64,000 nucleotides of DNA from Eledone cirrhosa (taxonomy: Eukaryota), in NCBI GenBank assembly GCA_964016885.1, contig OZ024761.1, positions 8,866,001 to 8,930,000 on the forward strand, read 5' to 3'. Under the pieces are notes generated by a model, which ran no database searches, was not told the origin of the DNA, and saw only the letters and a program-made list of their open reading frames with translations. The stretch's first letter is position 1. Every line of letters begins with the position of its first letter. This document shows positions 26,461-38,449 of this stretch, in pieces. Position numbers and translations under genes: made by a program.

Positions 26461-26624
26461 ATACATCTTACACTTCCAACCAGTGATGCCTGTAATTGTG
26501 TTATTTCAAGCGGAACATCTTTGTAACTCCTGATTTTCCACATGATGCCTTTGACACTAATAACAACTATGTACCCTAAATGTTCTAAATGACTAAGATT
26601 TTAGTTACATGTTTTCGACATTCC

Positions 26625-26676
26625 TTATGCTCTGATGATTCCAGACTTCCCTCTGGAAGAAACAATTGTCAGCTAA
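26625..26676 (+). ncRNA. Hammerhead motif
   Basis: gct CTGATGA ttccaga-cttccc-tctggaa GAAA caattg TC agc; canonical GUC cleavage triplet. Confidence 0.75.
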
Positions 26677-26730
26677 TAATTGTTCTAAACTAAAATTTGA
26701 TCGTTTTAACACTTTGTATATATATATATT

Positions 26731-27056
26731 AAGTAGAAGGGATATTTTATTTGTTGGAAATCCAACAAATATAAATGTTTATAACTGATTCAGAGCATTC
26801 GACAGATTTCTGGAGTAAATATTCAATGATATTAAATAAATGGAAACTATATTTATAAAACCATATTTATTCTATTATATATATTTCAAGGGAATATTCA
26901 ACTGATAAGGTATGATTATCCTTGGCTATGTCAAAATTTATAAAACACTCTTTGTATTTTATCTGATGAAAGCGTACCAAAGTTTTTTTGGTACCCTTGA
27001 AATATATATAATAGAATAAATATGGTTTTATAAATATAGTTTCCATTTAATATCAT

Positions 27057-27058
<2 letters not shown>
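26731..27058. mobile_element. Fold-back hammerhead element, family X (opposite orientation to the 683 copy)
   Basis: Tail on the left, inverted arms, hammerhead 26955-27018; TA-rich flanks. Confidence 0.7.
26955..27018 (+). ncRNA. Hammerhead motif (family X)
   Basis: tattttat CTGATGA aagcgtaccaaa...tttggtaccctt GAAA tatata TA atagaata. Confidence 0.75.
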
Positions 27059-27101
<43 letters not shown>

Positions 27102-27262
27102 CATTGAAAATAAGACTAAATACTTTTAATTAACGCATATTTCTTCCATATAACGGATATATAATTAGTTATTTAATTATATGATTCTGATGAAACCAAT
27201 TATTGGATTATATAATTAATTAAACCTCTGTGCTTTTTTACTTTACTATTTAACTACATATA

Positions 27263-29395
27263 TCATCATCATCATCATCAAGGTGTAACGTCCGTGTTCC
27301 ACGCTTGCATGGGTTTGGACGGGGGTTTTCCCACTTGAGGCAAGAGTGATTGTCTTGCTCGCATAGGACTGTCTGGCAGGTTTTCTACAGTTGGATGCCC
27401 TTCCTAACACCAACCACGTTTACAGTGTGAGTCTGGGAGGTTTTTACCGTGTTGCCTACACGGCCACATTACAGCGTGGACTGTGTGTTTTTTGTCGTGA
27501 CACCTACACGATCTCATTTGTTTCAGCCTGGATGGTGTGGCACCAACATAACTTTACATAGGAGGGGTGGTGTGGATGGGGTGGGGGTGGTGGGACGGGG
27601 GTGTATTTGGTTAGAGATGCCTACTGACTAGTAGGTTTTACTTTGTATTTAGGTAAGGCGGGTCTTCTCTATTACTGAGTACCGCCAAAGGTCTCGGTCC
27701 AGTGACATTGTCTTGGTGAGGTGTAAGTGTGTGAGGTCGGAGTTTATCAGCTCGTCCCAGGTTTTTCTGGGTCTGCCTATTCCGTGGCTACCGTCTATCT
27801 TTATTGCCCTGCACTTTTTTATACAGCTATCGTCCTTCATGCGCATCACGTGACCATACCAACGTAGCCTTCTCTCTAGTAAACAACATCTGATCCCTCT
27901 TATTTCTAATTTTTTCCTTAGTTCATTTATGCTTTGTCGTTCACGTATATTGCTATTACACATCCAGCGGAGCATGCAAGCTTCGTTTCTCTCTAGTCTG
28001 CGTATATCCTCTGCACACAATGCCCAGGTCTCACTGCCATGCAACATTGCTGTTCGTATGCAGGCATCGTACAACCTGCCTTTCATTTTTAGGGAGAACC
28101 CTTTAGCGGCTAATAGTGGTATAAGCTCTCTGAACTTTTTCCACCCAGTTCTGACTCTAGCTACTGTACTTTCAGAGCACCCTCCCCCACTGCTGATTTT
28201 GTCACCCAGGTAACGGAAGCTGTCCACTATTTCTATAGAACCCTCTGCGCAGTTGAAAGAGCTAGTATTTTGTGGGCACTTGCTGCTACTTATTGCCCCA
28301 GAACACCGGCCACATGTAAAATCTATGTTTTTAGTTAGCTTACCTGTGATCCCACTACATCTTTTATGCACCCAAACTTTGCATTTGGGACACAAAATGG
28401 AATTTCTACCTACGCCTTTCCTACACTCTGCGCATGGCCACTTCCCGAAGGGGACCACCGCCTTATTTTCTTTCTTACAAACTAGAACTTTAGTCTTAGC
28501 CAGGTTAATTTTAAGGCCTTTTGATTATAGGCCGTGCTTCCATGTTTGGAATTTCTTCTTTAGCTCGGCCATTGATTCAGCTATGAGCGTTAGATCATCT
28601 GCGTATAGGAGTTCCCATGGGCAGCCAGTCTTGAACTCCACTGTTATAGCCTGGAGGGCGATAATAAATAGTAGGGGGCTAAGAACAGAGCCCTGATGAA
28701 CACCAACTTTTACACTAAACTCTTCACTATATTCGTTGTTAATTCTAACCTTGCTGACTGTTTCTTTATACATGGCTTGTATAGCTCTCACAAGCCATTC
28801 ATCAACACCTAGTTTTCTAAGAGTCCACCAGATAATGGAACGGGGAACTCTGTCGAAGGCCTTCTCCAAGTCGACGAAAGCTAAGTATAGGGGTTTACCT
28901 TTAGCTAGGTACTTCTCCTGTAGTTGTCGTACAATGAAAAGAGCGTCTGTGGTACTTTTTCCTGACACAAACCCGAACTGCATTTCATCTAGATCAATTC
29001 GCTCTCTGATTAGTTGCGCTATTACTTTTTCCGTGACCTTCATGACCTGGTCGATTAATTTAATGCCTCTATAGTTACTCCTATCTAGGGCATCTCCTTT
29101 ACCCTTATAACAGTTAACGATGATGCTGCTACGCCAGTCCTTCGGAACAACCCCATTCAGTATGACTTGGTTGACTATCCGGGTGACCATGGTGTGTCCC
29201 ACCGTACCAGATGCCTTCAGCATCTCGGCAACTATTTCCGAAGGCCCAGCCGCCTTGCCTGTCTTCATATCTTTGATTGCCTTACTTATTATACTACCCT
29301 CGACTAACACTGCTGGTCCCTCTATTGGGTCGATGTGGGGGAGACTGTCTTTCTCCCATTTATTCTCCTCATTTAGTAGCCTTTCATAGTGACAC
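27263..29395 (-). mobile_element. 5'-truncated RTE-clade LINE (RT, Cys/His finger, 3'UTR, (GAT)n tail)
   Basis: ORFs 29310-28525 and 28458-27649 are in one frame, split by one TAA; QFGF, LAFVDLEKAFD, GVHQGSVLSP, LLYADDL, RLRWYGHVMR, GRPRKTW. Confidence 0.92.
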
Positions 29396-29828
29396 TTTAT
29401 ATATATATATATATCATCATCATCATCATCATCATCATTTTACGTCTGCTTTTCCCTACTTGCAAGGGTGGGACGGGAACTGATTCTGGCTTGATTTCTA
29501 CAGCTGGATGCCCTTCCTAACACCAACCTCATAGAAATGAGATGATAGGGACTGGGGTCCCTATCATTCCACTGCAAAGTGGTTGTGGAGGTGCCATGGC
29601 AAAAAAGCACCCAGCACTCACTGTAAATGAGGTTGGTGTTAGGAAGGGCATCCAGCTGTAGAAATCAAGCCAGAATCAGTTCCTGTCCCACCCTTGCAAG
29701 CAGGGATCAGCGGACATAAAATGATGATGATGATGATATATATATATATCGGTATATACTTTTTAGTATCTTTATATATATATGTATATTTATATTTGTA
29801 TGTATGTATATATATATATGTGTGTATG

Positions 29829-29911
<83 letters not shown>

Positions 29912-32629
29912 ACATGTAATGCGTGACTTAAAAACCAGCTGTCTCTGGGAGTGGGGAGGATTGTAGATTTAATTATCAAATGCTAGCAGTCACACACACA
30001 CACACAAACTCACACACTCACTCATACACACACACACACTCACACACACACACACACACACACACACAGTCACACACACACACACACACTCACAGACTCA
30101 CAGACACACACACAGTCGCACACACACACACACACATTTGCACACACACACACACACGCACACAGACACCCACACGCAGTCACACACAGTCGCACACGCA
30201 CACACACACTAATGCCAATACACAATCTCTCCCTTATTATTATTGTTGTTTGTGGCGGTGGATTGGCACATGGAGTTACGGCCCTTGCCATTCTGAGTTC
30301 AAATCCCGCCGAGGTTAACTTTGCCTTACATCCTTACGGGGTCGATGAAATAAAGTACCAGTAATGCACTGGGTAATTGCTGGCCTTGTGCCTAGAGTAG
30401 AAACAATTGTTATCGTTGTTTGTAGTTTAATTGCTTGGTTAGCAAGATTCGTTAGGACATCAGGTTAAAAAGTAAACCTTAATCTTACCTATTGATCCAA
30501 TTATAAGTGTTAAAATTTGGATAAAGAACATATCACACACACACATGTATGTTTGATAAAGAAATTTCAAGGATCCCCTTGACAAGATATTTATATTTAG
30601 ATCTAGTATAGGCAAGAGGTCTAATTTTTAACCTGGTGTCTTTACTAATCTTGCTAACCAAGCAAATAAACTACAAAAAACAATAAGAATTGTTTCTGAT
30701 TTAGGTACAAGGTCAACAATCTTTTGGGAAAGAGTAAAGTTCATTAACCCTTTATTATTTACATTACTTTGAGGGCGGTGAATTGGCAGTATCGGTAGAG
30801 GGTCGGACGCCATGCTTTGATGTACAGAGTTACGGCCCTTGCCATTCTGAGTTCAAATCCCGCCGAGGTTAACTTTGCCTTTCATCCTTACGGGGTTGAT
30901 AAAATAAAGTACCAGTAATCTACTGGGTAATTGCTGGCCTTGTGCCAAAAGTAGAAACAATTATTTACATTACTTTGCCTTTCATCCTCACGGGGTCGAT
31001 AAAATAAAGTACCAGTAATGTACTGGGTAATTGCTGGCCTTGTGCCTAAAAATAGAAACAATTATTTACATTACTCTATATTTACTCTTGTATTTTTGTG
31101 GTAAAGGCTTTATCATCATCATTTCATCATCATTTCATTTTATGTCCACGTTTCTCTGCTTGCAAGGGTGGGACGGGAACTGATTCTTGCTTGATTTCTA
31201 CAGCTGGATGCCCTTCCTAACACCAACCTCATTTACAGTGAGTGCTGGGTGCTTTTTTGTCGTGGCACCTCCGCGACCACTTTGCAGTGGAATGATAGGG
31301 ACCCTAGTCCCTATCATCTCATTTCTACAGCTGAGTAAACTGGAGCAATGTGAAATAAAGTGTCTTGCTCAAGGAAACAACACATCACCTGGTCTGAGAA
31401 TTGAACTCACAACCTTTCGATTGCAAGGCCAATGCTCTAACCACTAAGCCATGTGCCTCCAACTGTAGGCATAATATTGAATCTATGAGATTCTGATACT
31501 ATTTATTTTGAGAACAATACCTTAACGTAAACATGAGCAGCCAGTTACAGCCGGTTTGAACAGAAAGAGGTGAGAGAATTCTGGCCGAATACGGCCGGTT
31601 TAAATGCTAAAGGGTTAAAACCCTTTAGCATTTACATTACTCTATATTTACTGTTGTATTTTCATGGTAAAGGCTTTATCTCACATAATATTGAATCTAT
31701 GAGATTTTGATGTTATTTATTTTAAGAACAATACCTTAACATCAGTATGAATAGTCAGTTATGGCTAGTTTGAACAGAAAGAGGTGAGAGAATTCTGGCT
31801 GAATATGGTTGGTTTAAATGCTAAAGGGTTTAATTCACCCCAGTGTATTATTCGTACTTTATTTTACCGACCCTGCAAGGATGAAATGCAAAGTTAACCT
31901 TTAATGGTTTCTGATTAAAGCACAAGGCCAACAATTTTTGGGGGAGAGGAAAGTTGATTAAAGCGATCCCAGTGCATTACTGGTACTTTATTTTATGAAC
32001 CCCATAAGGATGAAAGGCAGTGTTAACCTCGGCGGGATTTGAACTCAGAACGAAGAGGGACTTAACTGATGCCATGAAGCATGGTGTCCGACACTCTACC
32101 GACACTGCCAATCTACTGTCCTCATGAATAATAATTGTTTCTACTTTAGGCACAAGGCCAGCAATTACCCAGTGCATTACTGGTACTTTATTTTATCGAC
32201 CCCGTAAGGATGAAAGGCAAAGTCAACCTCGACGAGATTTGAACTCAGAATGGCAAGGGCCCTAACAATAATTGTTTCTACTTTAGGCACAAGGCCAGCA
32301 ATAACCCCAGTGCATTACTGGTACTTTATTTTATCGACCCCGTAAGGATGAAAGGCAAAGTCAACCTCGACGAGATTTGAACTCAGAATGGCAAGGGCCC
32401 TAACAATAATTGTTTCTACTTTTGACACAAGGCCAGCAATTTGTGGGGAAGGGGTAAAAGTCAATTAAATAGACCCCCAGTGCATTACTAGTACTCAGTA
32501 ATACACTGACCTCAAAAGGATGAAAGGTAAAGTTAACCTCGCCGGGATTTGAATTCAGAATAGCAAGGGCTGTAACTCTATGCGTCAAAGCATGGCGTCC
32601 GACCCTCTACCGATACTGCCAATGATTTC

Positions 32630-33180
32630 TCTATTAACCACAAAGGGTTTACATCAAGAAAAACATTGACGGTACAGGACGAAAACATAGTGTGTGTATG
32701 TGTGTCTGTTAGTTGGTGTGTGGGTTTTGCATGTAAACAAATTTTAACAATGTTAAAAAGAGGGTAACAATAAAATGAAAACAAATAGGGAGGAGACGTC
32801 CAAGGGTTATTTGTGGACAAAACCCCATAAAACCACAGATGCCCTGATCTTTAGGGTAAGTGCCCCATCCCAGTTGTACTCCTCTAATCTACAGGCTCAC
32901 ACTCAGAGCAGGCCCATTCCCTTGAGCCATGCTCACTTCTCTCACCCACCTTTCAAGAAATTGCTTTGAAGGCAGCACTTCTCTCTCTACCTTGATTTTC
33001 TTCCTCAAGTGAAACCTGAAGAAGTTAATCAGCGCTTCCCCAAAGAGGAAAGTGCTCGTCTTCAAACCTTCCAAGCGTGTCCACCATACAGACTCTTTTG
33101 CCCTGGCCACAAGACATATAAAAAACAGCCTGCCGTTCTTGACTAAAAGAAGGCGGCAGGACAATCTTCACAATGGATTC
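32630..33180 (-). mobile_element. Tx1/L1-like LINE 3' end; partial near-identical copy at 5747-6000
   Basis: FICLVARAKESVWWTRL...FFRFHLRKKIKVERE..FLERW...GPALSVSL* followed by a T-rich 3'UTR; clade assignment is by resemblance only. Confidence 0.55.
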
Positions 33181-33922
33181 GGTTGATAATAATTGTTTCT
33201 ACATTAGGCACAAGGCCAGCAATTACGCCAGTGCATTACTGGTATTTTATTTTATCGACCTCGTAAGGATGGAAGGCAAAGTTAACCTCGGTGAGATTTG
33301 AACTCAGACCGTAAAGGGACATAACTCCATGCTTCAAAGCATGGTGTCTGATGCTCTACCAATTCTGCCAATCTACCGGTTGATAACAATAATTGTTTCT
33401 ACTTTAGGCACAAGGCCAGCAATTATCCCAGTGCATTACTGGTACTTTATTTTATCGACCCCGTAAGGATGAAAGGCAAAGTCAACCTTGGCGGGATTTG
33501 AACTCAGATCGTAAAGGGACGTAACTATGCTGGAAAGCATGGCGACCCTCTACCAATACTGCCAATCCACCGCCATTAACAATAATAACAATAATAATAA
33601 TTGTTTTTACTTTAGGCACAAGGCCAGCAATAACCCAGTGCATAACTGGTACTTTATTTTATCGACCCTGTAAGGATGTTCTGATTTATGACCTTACTTT
33701 CATATTTTGATATCTGTTGATCTCATGGAAGTGTGCCAAACTTGTCTTATTTCTGTCTTTCTGTTCTTATCTCTTCTACTTATTCTGTGTTGACCAAGGT
33801 TACAAGTTTATGACACAGATAACACTTGGGGACACAGCTTTTGGTGGTTAACATGTGAGACTGGAGCCAGTGGTTCTAAAAAATGACATAGGTTTGTTTT
33901 CTTTTTTCTTCTCCTCCTTCAG

Positions 33923-33936
33923 CTCTGCTTATCAAG
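33923..33936 (+). other. Candidate 14-nt 5'UTR micro-exon of PC
   Basis: About 28-nt pyrimidine-rich tract ending CTTCAG, exon CTCTGCTTATCAAG, donor AAG|GTATGA. PC coding exon 1 has an acceptor, so an upstream exon must exist. Confidence 0.35.
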
Positions 33937-34537
33937 GTATGATATATATATGCCACCACGAAAAACACCCACACCACATAAAAAGGTGGTAGTGTTGGTG
34001 TCACGATCAAATGCTCCCAGTACGCTCTGTAAAGTGGTTGGTGTTAGGAAGGACATCCAGCTATAGAAACCGTGCTCCCAGTACACTCTGTAAAGTGGTT
34101 ATATAATATATATAATATATATTATTATTATTATATTGGCAGAATCTGTAGAGCATCAGACACACTGCTTTACTTTCTGAGTTCAAATTCCATCAAGGTT
34201 AACTTTGCCTTTCATCCTTACGGGGTCGATAAAATAAAATACCAGTAATGCACTGGGGTCCATTTAATCGACTTTCCCCCTCTCTCCAAATTGCTGGCCT
34301 TGTGCCTGTATAAGAAACCATTATATTGGCAAAATCAGTATAGCATCTAGACACCATGCTTTGCAGCACAGAGTTATGACCCTTTACGTTCTGAGTTCAA
34401 ATCCCGCCGAGGTTAACTTTGCCTTTCATCCTTAAGGGGTCGATAAAATGAAGTACCAGTAACACACTGGGGTCGATTCGATCGACTTTCCCCTCCCCCC
34501 AAAAAATTGCTGGCCTTGTGCCTATATAAGAAACCAA

Positions 34538-34929
34538 CTTTTTCAAGTTTCACCTGGAAAGGAAGGTGAGGGTGGAGAGAGAAGTGCCCCCCCCCATATA
34601 TATTTGCTGAAAGGTGTGGGATGAATATGGCGAGAATGGCCCGTGTGAGTGGGCCTACTCTGATCATGCGCCTGTAGGTGGGTGAATTTGAGGAGGAGAG
34701 GGGTGCCCTTCCCGGGTGCTCTCGAAGCGTCGGGTCATTCAGGATTGGTGGGGTACCTGAGTGAACCTTGGGTGGCCATCCCCCCTATTGCGGAATTTTC
34801 CTCGTTGTATTTTTATTGTTATTTTGTTATTGTTATTTATATTGTTTACACGTTGTATATGTAAACCCCCACTGTCCCAGTCTTGGTATTGTCCTCTATA
34901 TGTCGGCCCTTGTGGCCAATAAATGAAAC

Positions 34930-34962
<33 letters not shown>

Positions 34963-36334
34963 GGGTCTACCCTGAGCGTGTACCTGTAGCATTGTAGGAG
35001 GAAAACGGGAAGGGTAACCGTGGCTTTTTTTGTGGGCTTTCTCCACGAGCAACCCTCGTAGGTCCCCCCTCCCTATCGAGAATTTTTCATTGTTTCCTTT
35101 TCTCACACTCTGTTTTTATTTTTTTACACGCAGAAATGCCCATTTGTACTGTCCTGTATTGTCCTGTACCGTCCTGTATTGTCCTGTGTTGTCCTGTATT
35201 GTCCTGTGTTGTCCTGTATTGTCCTGTGTTGTCCTGTATTGTCCTGTGTTGTCCTGTATTGTCCTGTGTTGTCCTGTGTTGTCTTGTGTTGTCCTGTGTT
35301 GTCCTGTACCGTCCTGTATTGTCCTGTGTTGTCCTGTATTGTCCTGTGTTGTCCTCTGTTGTCCTGTGTTGTCCTGTGTTGTCTTGTGTTGTTCTGTGTT
35401 GTCCTGTGTTGTCTTGTGTTGTCCTGTGTTGTCCTGTATTGTCCTGTATTGTCCTGTGTTGTCCTGTATTGTCCTGTGTTGTCCTGTGTTGTCCTGTGTT
35501 GTCCTGTATTGTCCTGTATTGTCCTGTGTTGTCCTGTATTGTCCTGTGTTGTCCTGTGTTGTCTTGTGTTGTTCTGTGTTGTCTTGTGTTGTTCTGTGTT
35601 GTCCTGTATTGACCAGTGTTGTTCTGTATTGTCCTGTATTGTCCTGTGTTGTCCTGTGTTGTCCTGTGTTGTCTTGTGTTTTCCTGTGTTGTCCTGTATT
35701 GACCAGTGTTGTTCTGTATTGTCCTGTGTTGTCCTGTATTGTCCTGTATTGTTCTGTATTGTCCTGTGTTGTCCTGTATTGTCCTGCGTTAACCTGTGTT
35801 GTCCTGTATTGTCCTGTATTGTCCTGTGATGTCCTGTATTGTCCTGTATTGTTCTGTATTGTCCTGTGTTGTCCTGTATTGTCCTGTATTGTCCTGTGTT
35901 AACCTGTGTTGTCCTGTATTGTCCTGTATTGTTCTGTATTGTTCTGTGTTGTCCTGTATTGTTCTGTATTGTCCTGTGCTGTCCTGTATTGTTCTGTATT
36001 GTCCTGTATTGTCCTGTATTGTCCTGTATTGTTCTGTATTGTTCTGTATTGTTCTGTATTGTCCTGTATTGTCCTGTATTGTTCTGTATTGTCCTGTGTT
36101 GTCCTGTATTGTCCTGTGTTAACCTGTGTTGTCCTGTATCGTCCTGTATTGTCCTGTATTGTCCTGTATTGTCCTGTATTGTCCTGTGTTGTCCTGTATT
36201 GTCCTGTATTGTTCTGTGTTGTCCTGTATTGTCCTGTATTGTCCTGTATTGTTCTGTATTGTCCTGTATTGTCCTGTATTGTCTGTGTTGTCCTTAATGT
36301 TATACTTTGTGTCAACCCTTGTGGCTAATAAAGA

Positions 36335-36367
<33 letters not shown>
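34538..36367 (+). mobile_element. Two tandem Tx1/L1-like 3' ends with (ATT)n tails
   Basis: FFKFHLERKVRVERE...GPTLIMRL* and GSTLSVYL*; both end CCCTTGTGGC(C/T)AATAAA followed by (ATT)n. Confidence 0.55.
35150..36290. repeat. 10-bp minisatellite GTCCTGT(A/G)TT, ~110 copies
   Basis: Direct 10-nt periodicity. Confidence 0.95.
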
Positions 36368-36368
<1 letters not shown>

Positions 36369-36404
36369 TCCAGATTCGTGTGGAGGTGTGGTGAGACACT
36401 AACG

Positions 36405-36582
36405 ATGCTTCGACTCCAACGACATGTAGCCCAGCTACGGGGTTTGGCTGAGGAACATCTTGTTGCCATAACAACACGCCGACAATGTCACCATGGTTAC
36501 CGTCTTCCACAGTCCCTGAGGCAGGCGTCTAGCTCGGTGGCTGATGGTAAACCTATACAGAAACTCCTCGTTGCTAACAGAG
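36405..36582 (+). CDS. PC: Pyruvate carboxylase coding exon 1 (mitochondrial presequence and start of biotin carboxylase domain)
   Basis: Acceptor TTTCCAG ends 36373; ATG at 36405; MLRLQRHVAQLRGL...KPIQKLLVANRG; donor G|GTAAGG (phase 1). KLLVANRGEIA is the biotin carboxylase N-terminal motif; the Arg-rich leader fits a mitochondrial presequence. Confidence 0.93.
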
Positions 36583-38246
36583 GTAAGGGAACTATGTTTT
36601 ATAGTGATGTATGTTTCTGTGTGTATGTGTGGGTATGTATTTTTTTTTTTTGTATGTGTGTATGAGTGATGTGTATATGAATGTATGTGTGTGGTATATG
36701 AATGTATGTGTATGTATGTATGTATGAATTTATGTATATGTGTCGATATGTCAGGTCGTTTTCGAATACTACAGGTAACACGTAACCCAGTACAACCTGT
36801 CTCATGGTCGGGTTGTCGGCGAATAACCCGGCAACCCCACCAAGCTTGCTTGATGAGGAGGGTGATATTTGGACACCCTGCGGGATGAAATACAAGACTT
36901 GGCAAAGGGTGGAGGAACTCAGCAGAGTCAACGGCTATCCAAATAGTACTTTTTTTTTTTTTTTACCTGGGAGTGAAAGGCCTCTAGTTGTTGTCACAAT
37001 ACTTTTCTAAGAGAGGGAAACTCTGAAGCATCCGATGATGTTGACCAGTTCTTCTTTTCTGGTAGTGTTTTCGATGCTCAGAAAGTGGGATTGGTCGAAT
37101 GCAAGGCCTTTCCCCACTTATAAAAAACCTTCAAAGCGCAGGTATTGATTGTTCAGGATCTGTTACAGGTTTGTGTGGCTGGTCGTAGCCTAAAAGTGCA
37201 CCGTTTTCTATAATCTGACAAGCGATTGCAATACTCTTAGCAGAGTTTGCAACCGTAATATGAATCTATCTATCGTTGTACGTATATCCTTATCATGACC
37301 GTTTTACGTCCGTTCCTCCACACTAGCATGGGTTAGACGAGTTGTCCAGTTGCGGGCAGTGTCCGGTCGGCTGACCTTGTCTTGCTCATACAGGAACTGA
37401 TTCTGGCTTGATTTCTACAGCTGGATGCCCTTCCTAACACCAACCTCATTTACAGTGAGTGCTGGGTGCTTTTTTTCCGTGGCCCCTACACGTCCACTTT
37501 ACAGTGAGTGCTGGGTGCTTTTTTTCCGTGGCCCCTACACGTCCACTTTACAGTGAGTGCTGGGTGCTTTTTTTCCGTGGCCCCTACACCTCCACTTTAC
37601 AGTGTGGGCTGGGTGCTTTTTTTCCGTGGCCCCTACACCTCCACTTTACAGTGAGTGCTGGGTGCTTTTTTTCCGTGGCACCTCCACGTCCACTTTACAG
37701 TGAGTGCTGGGTGCTTTTTTTCCGTGGCGCCTACACGACCACTTTACAGTGAGTGCTGGGTGCTTTTTTTCCGTGGCCCCTACACGACCACTTTACAGTG
37801 AGTGCTGGGTGCTTTTTTTCCGTGGCGCCTACACGACCACTTTACAGTGAGTGCTGGGTGCTTTTTTTCCGTGGCCCCTACACGTCCACTTTACAGTGTG
37901 GGCTGGGTGCTTTTTTGCCGTGGCACCTCCACGACCACTTTGCAGTGGAATGATAGGGACCGCAGTCCCTATCATCTCATTTCTACAGCTGAGTAAACTG
38001 GAGCAATGTGAAATAAAGTGTCTTGCTCAAGGAAACAACACATCACCCGGTCTGAGAATTGAACTCACAACCTTTCGATTGCAAGCCCAATGCTCTAACC
38101 ACTAAGCCATGTGCGTATGTATATATATGTGTGTATGTGTGTACATATGCCCATACATATGTGGTGGTGTTGAAATGATTGTCGTTCCAACATATTTACT
38201 TTTATTTTATTCTATTTTTTTTTTTTTTTTATACTTTTGTTTCCAG

Positions 38247-38431
38247 GAGAAATTGCCATCCGAGTGTTTCGGGCTTGCACAGAAATGAACATCCGCACAG
38301 TTGCGATATATTCCGAACAAGATATGATGCACATGCACAGACAGAAAGCTGATGAATCTTATTTAATTGGTAAAGGGCTGGAACCTGTGGCTGCATATTT
38401 AAACATTCCTGGGATAATACAAGTTGCTCAA
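38247..38431 (+). CDS. PC: Pyruvate carboxylase coding exon 2
   Basis: Poly-T tract and CAG acceptor; (G)[25 protein letters not shown]...[12 protein letters not shown]...[13 protein letters not shown]; donor CAA|GTACGT. Confidence 0.96.
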
Positions 38432-38449
38432 GTACGTATCATTATGATA

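Noticed and set aside
27187-27215. Isolated CTGATGA/CTGAGGA hits (also ~19640-, 22431, 24235, 45515)
   Set aside because: No properly placed GAAA-stem III-UH with stem I pairing, so not counted as hammerheads.
36750-37270. GC-richer island in PC intron 1 with short ORFs
   Set aside because: No recognisable domain or splice-consistent frame; probably a decayed repeat, left uncalled.
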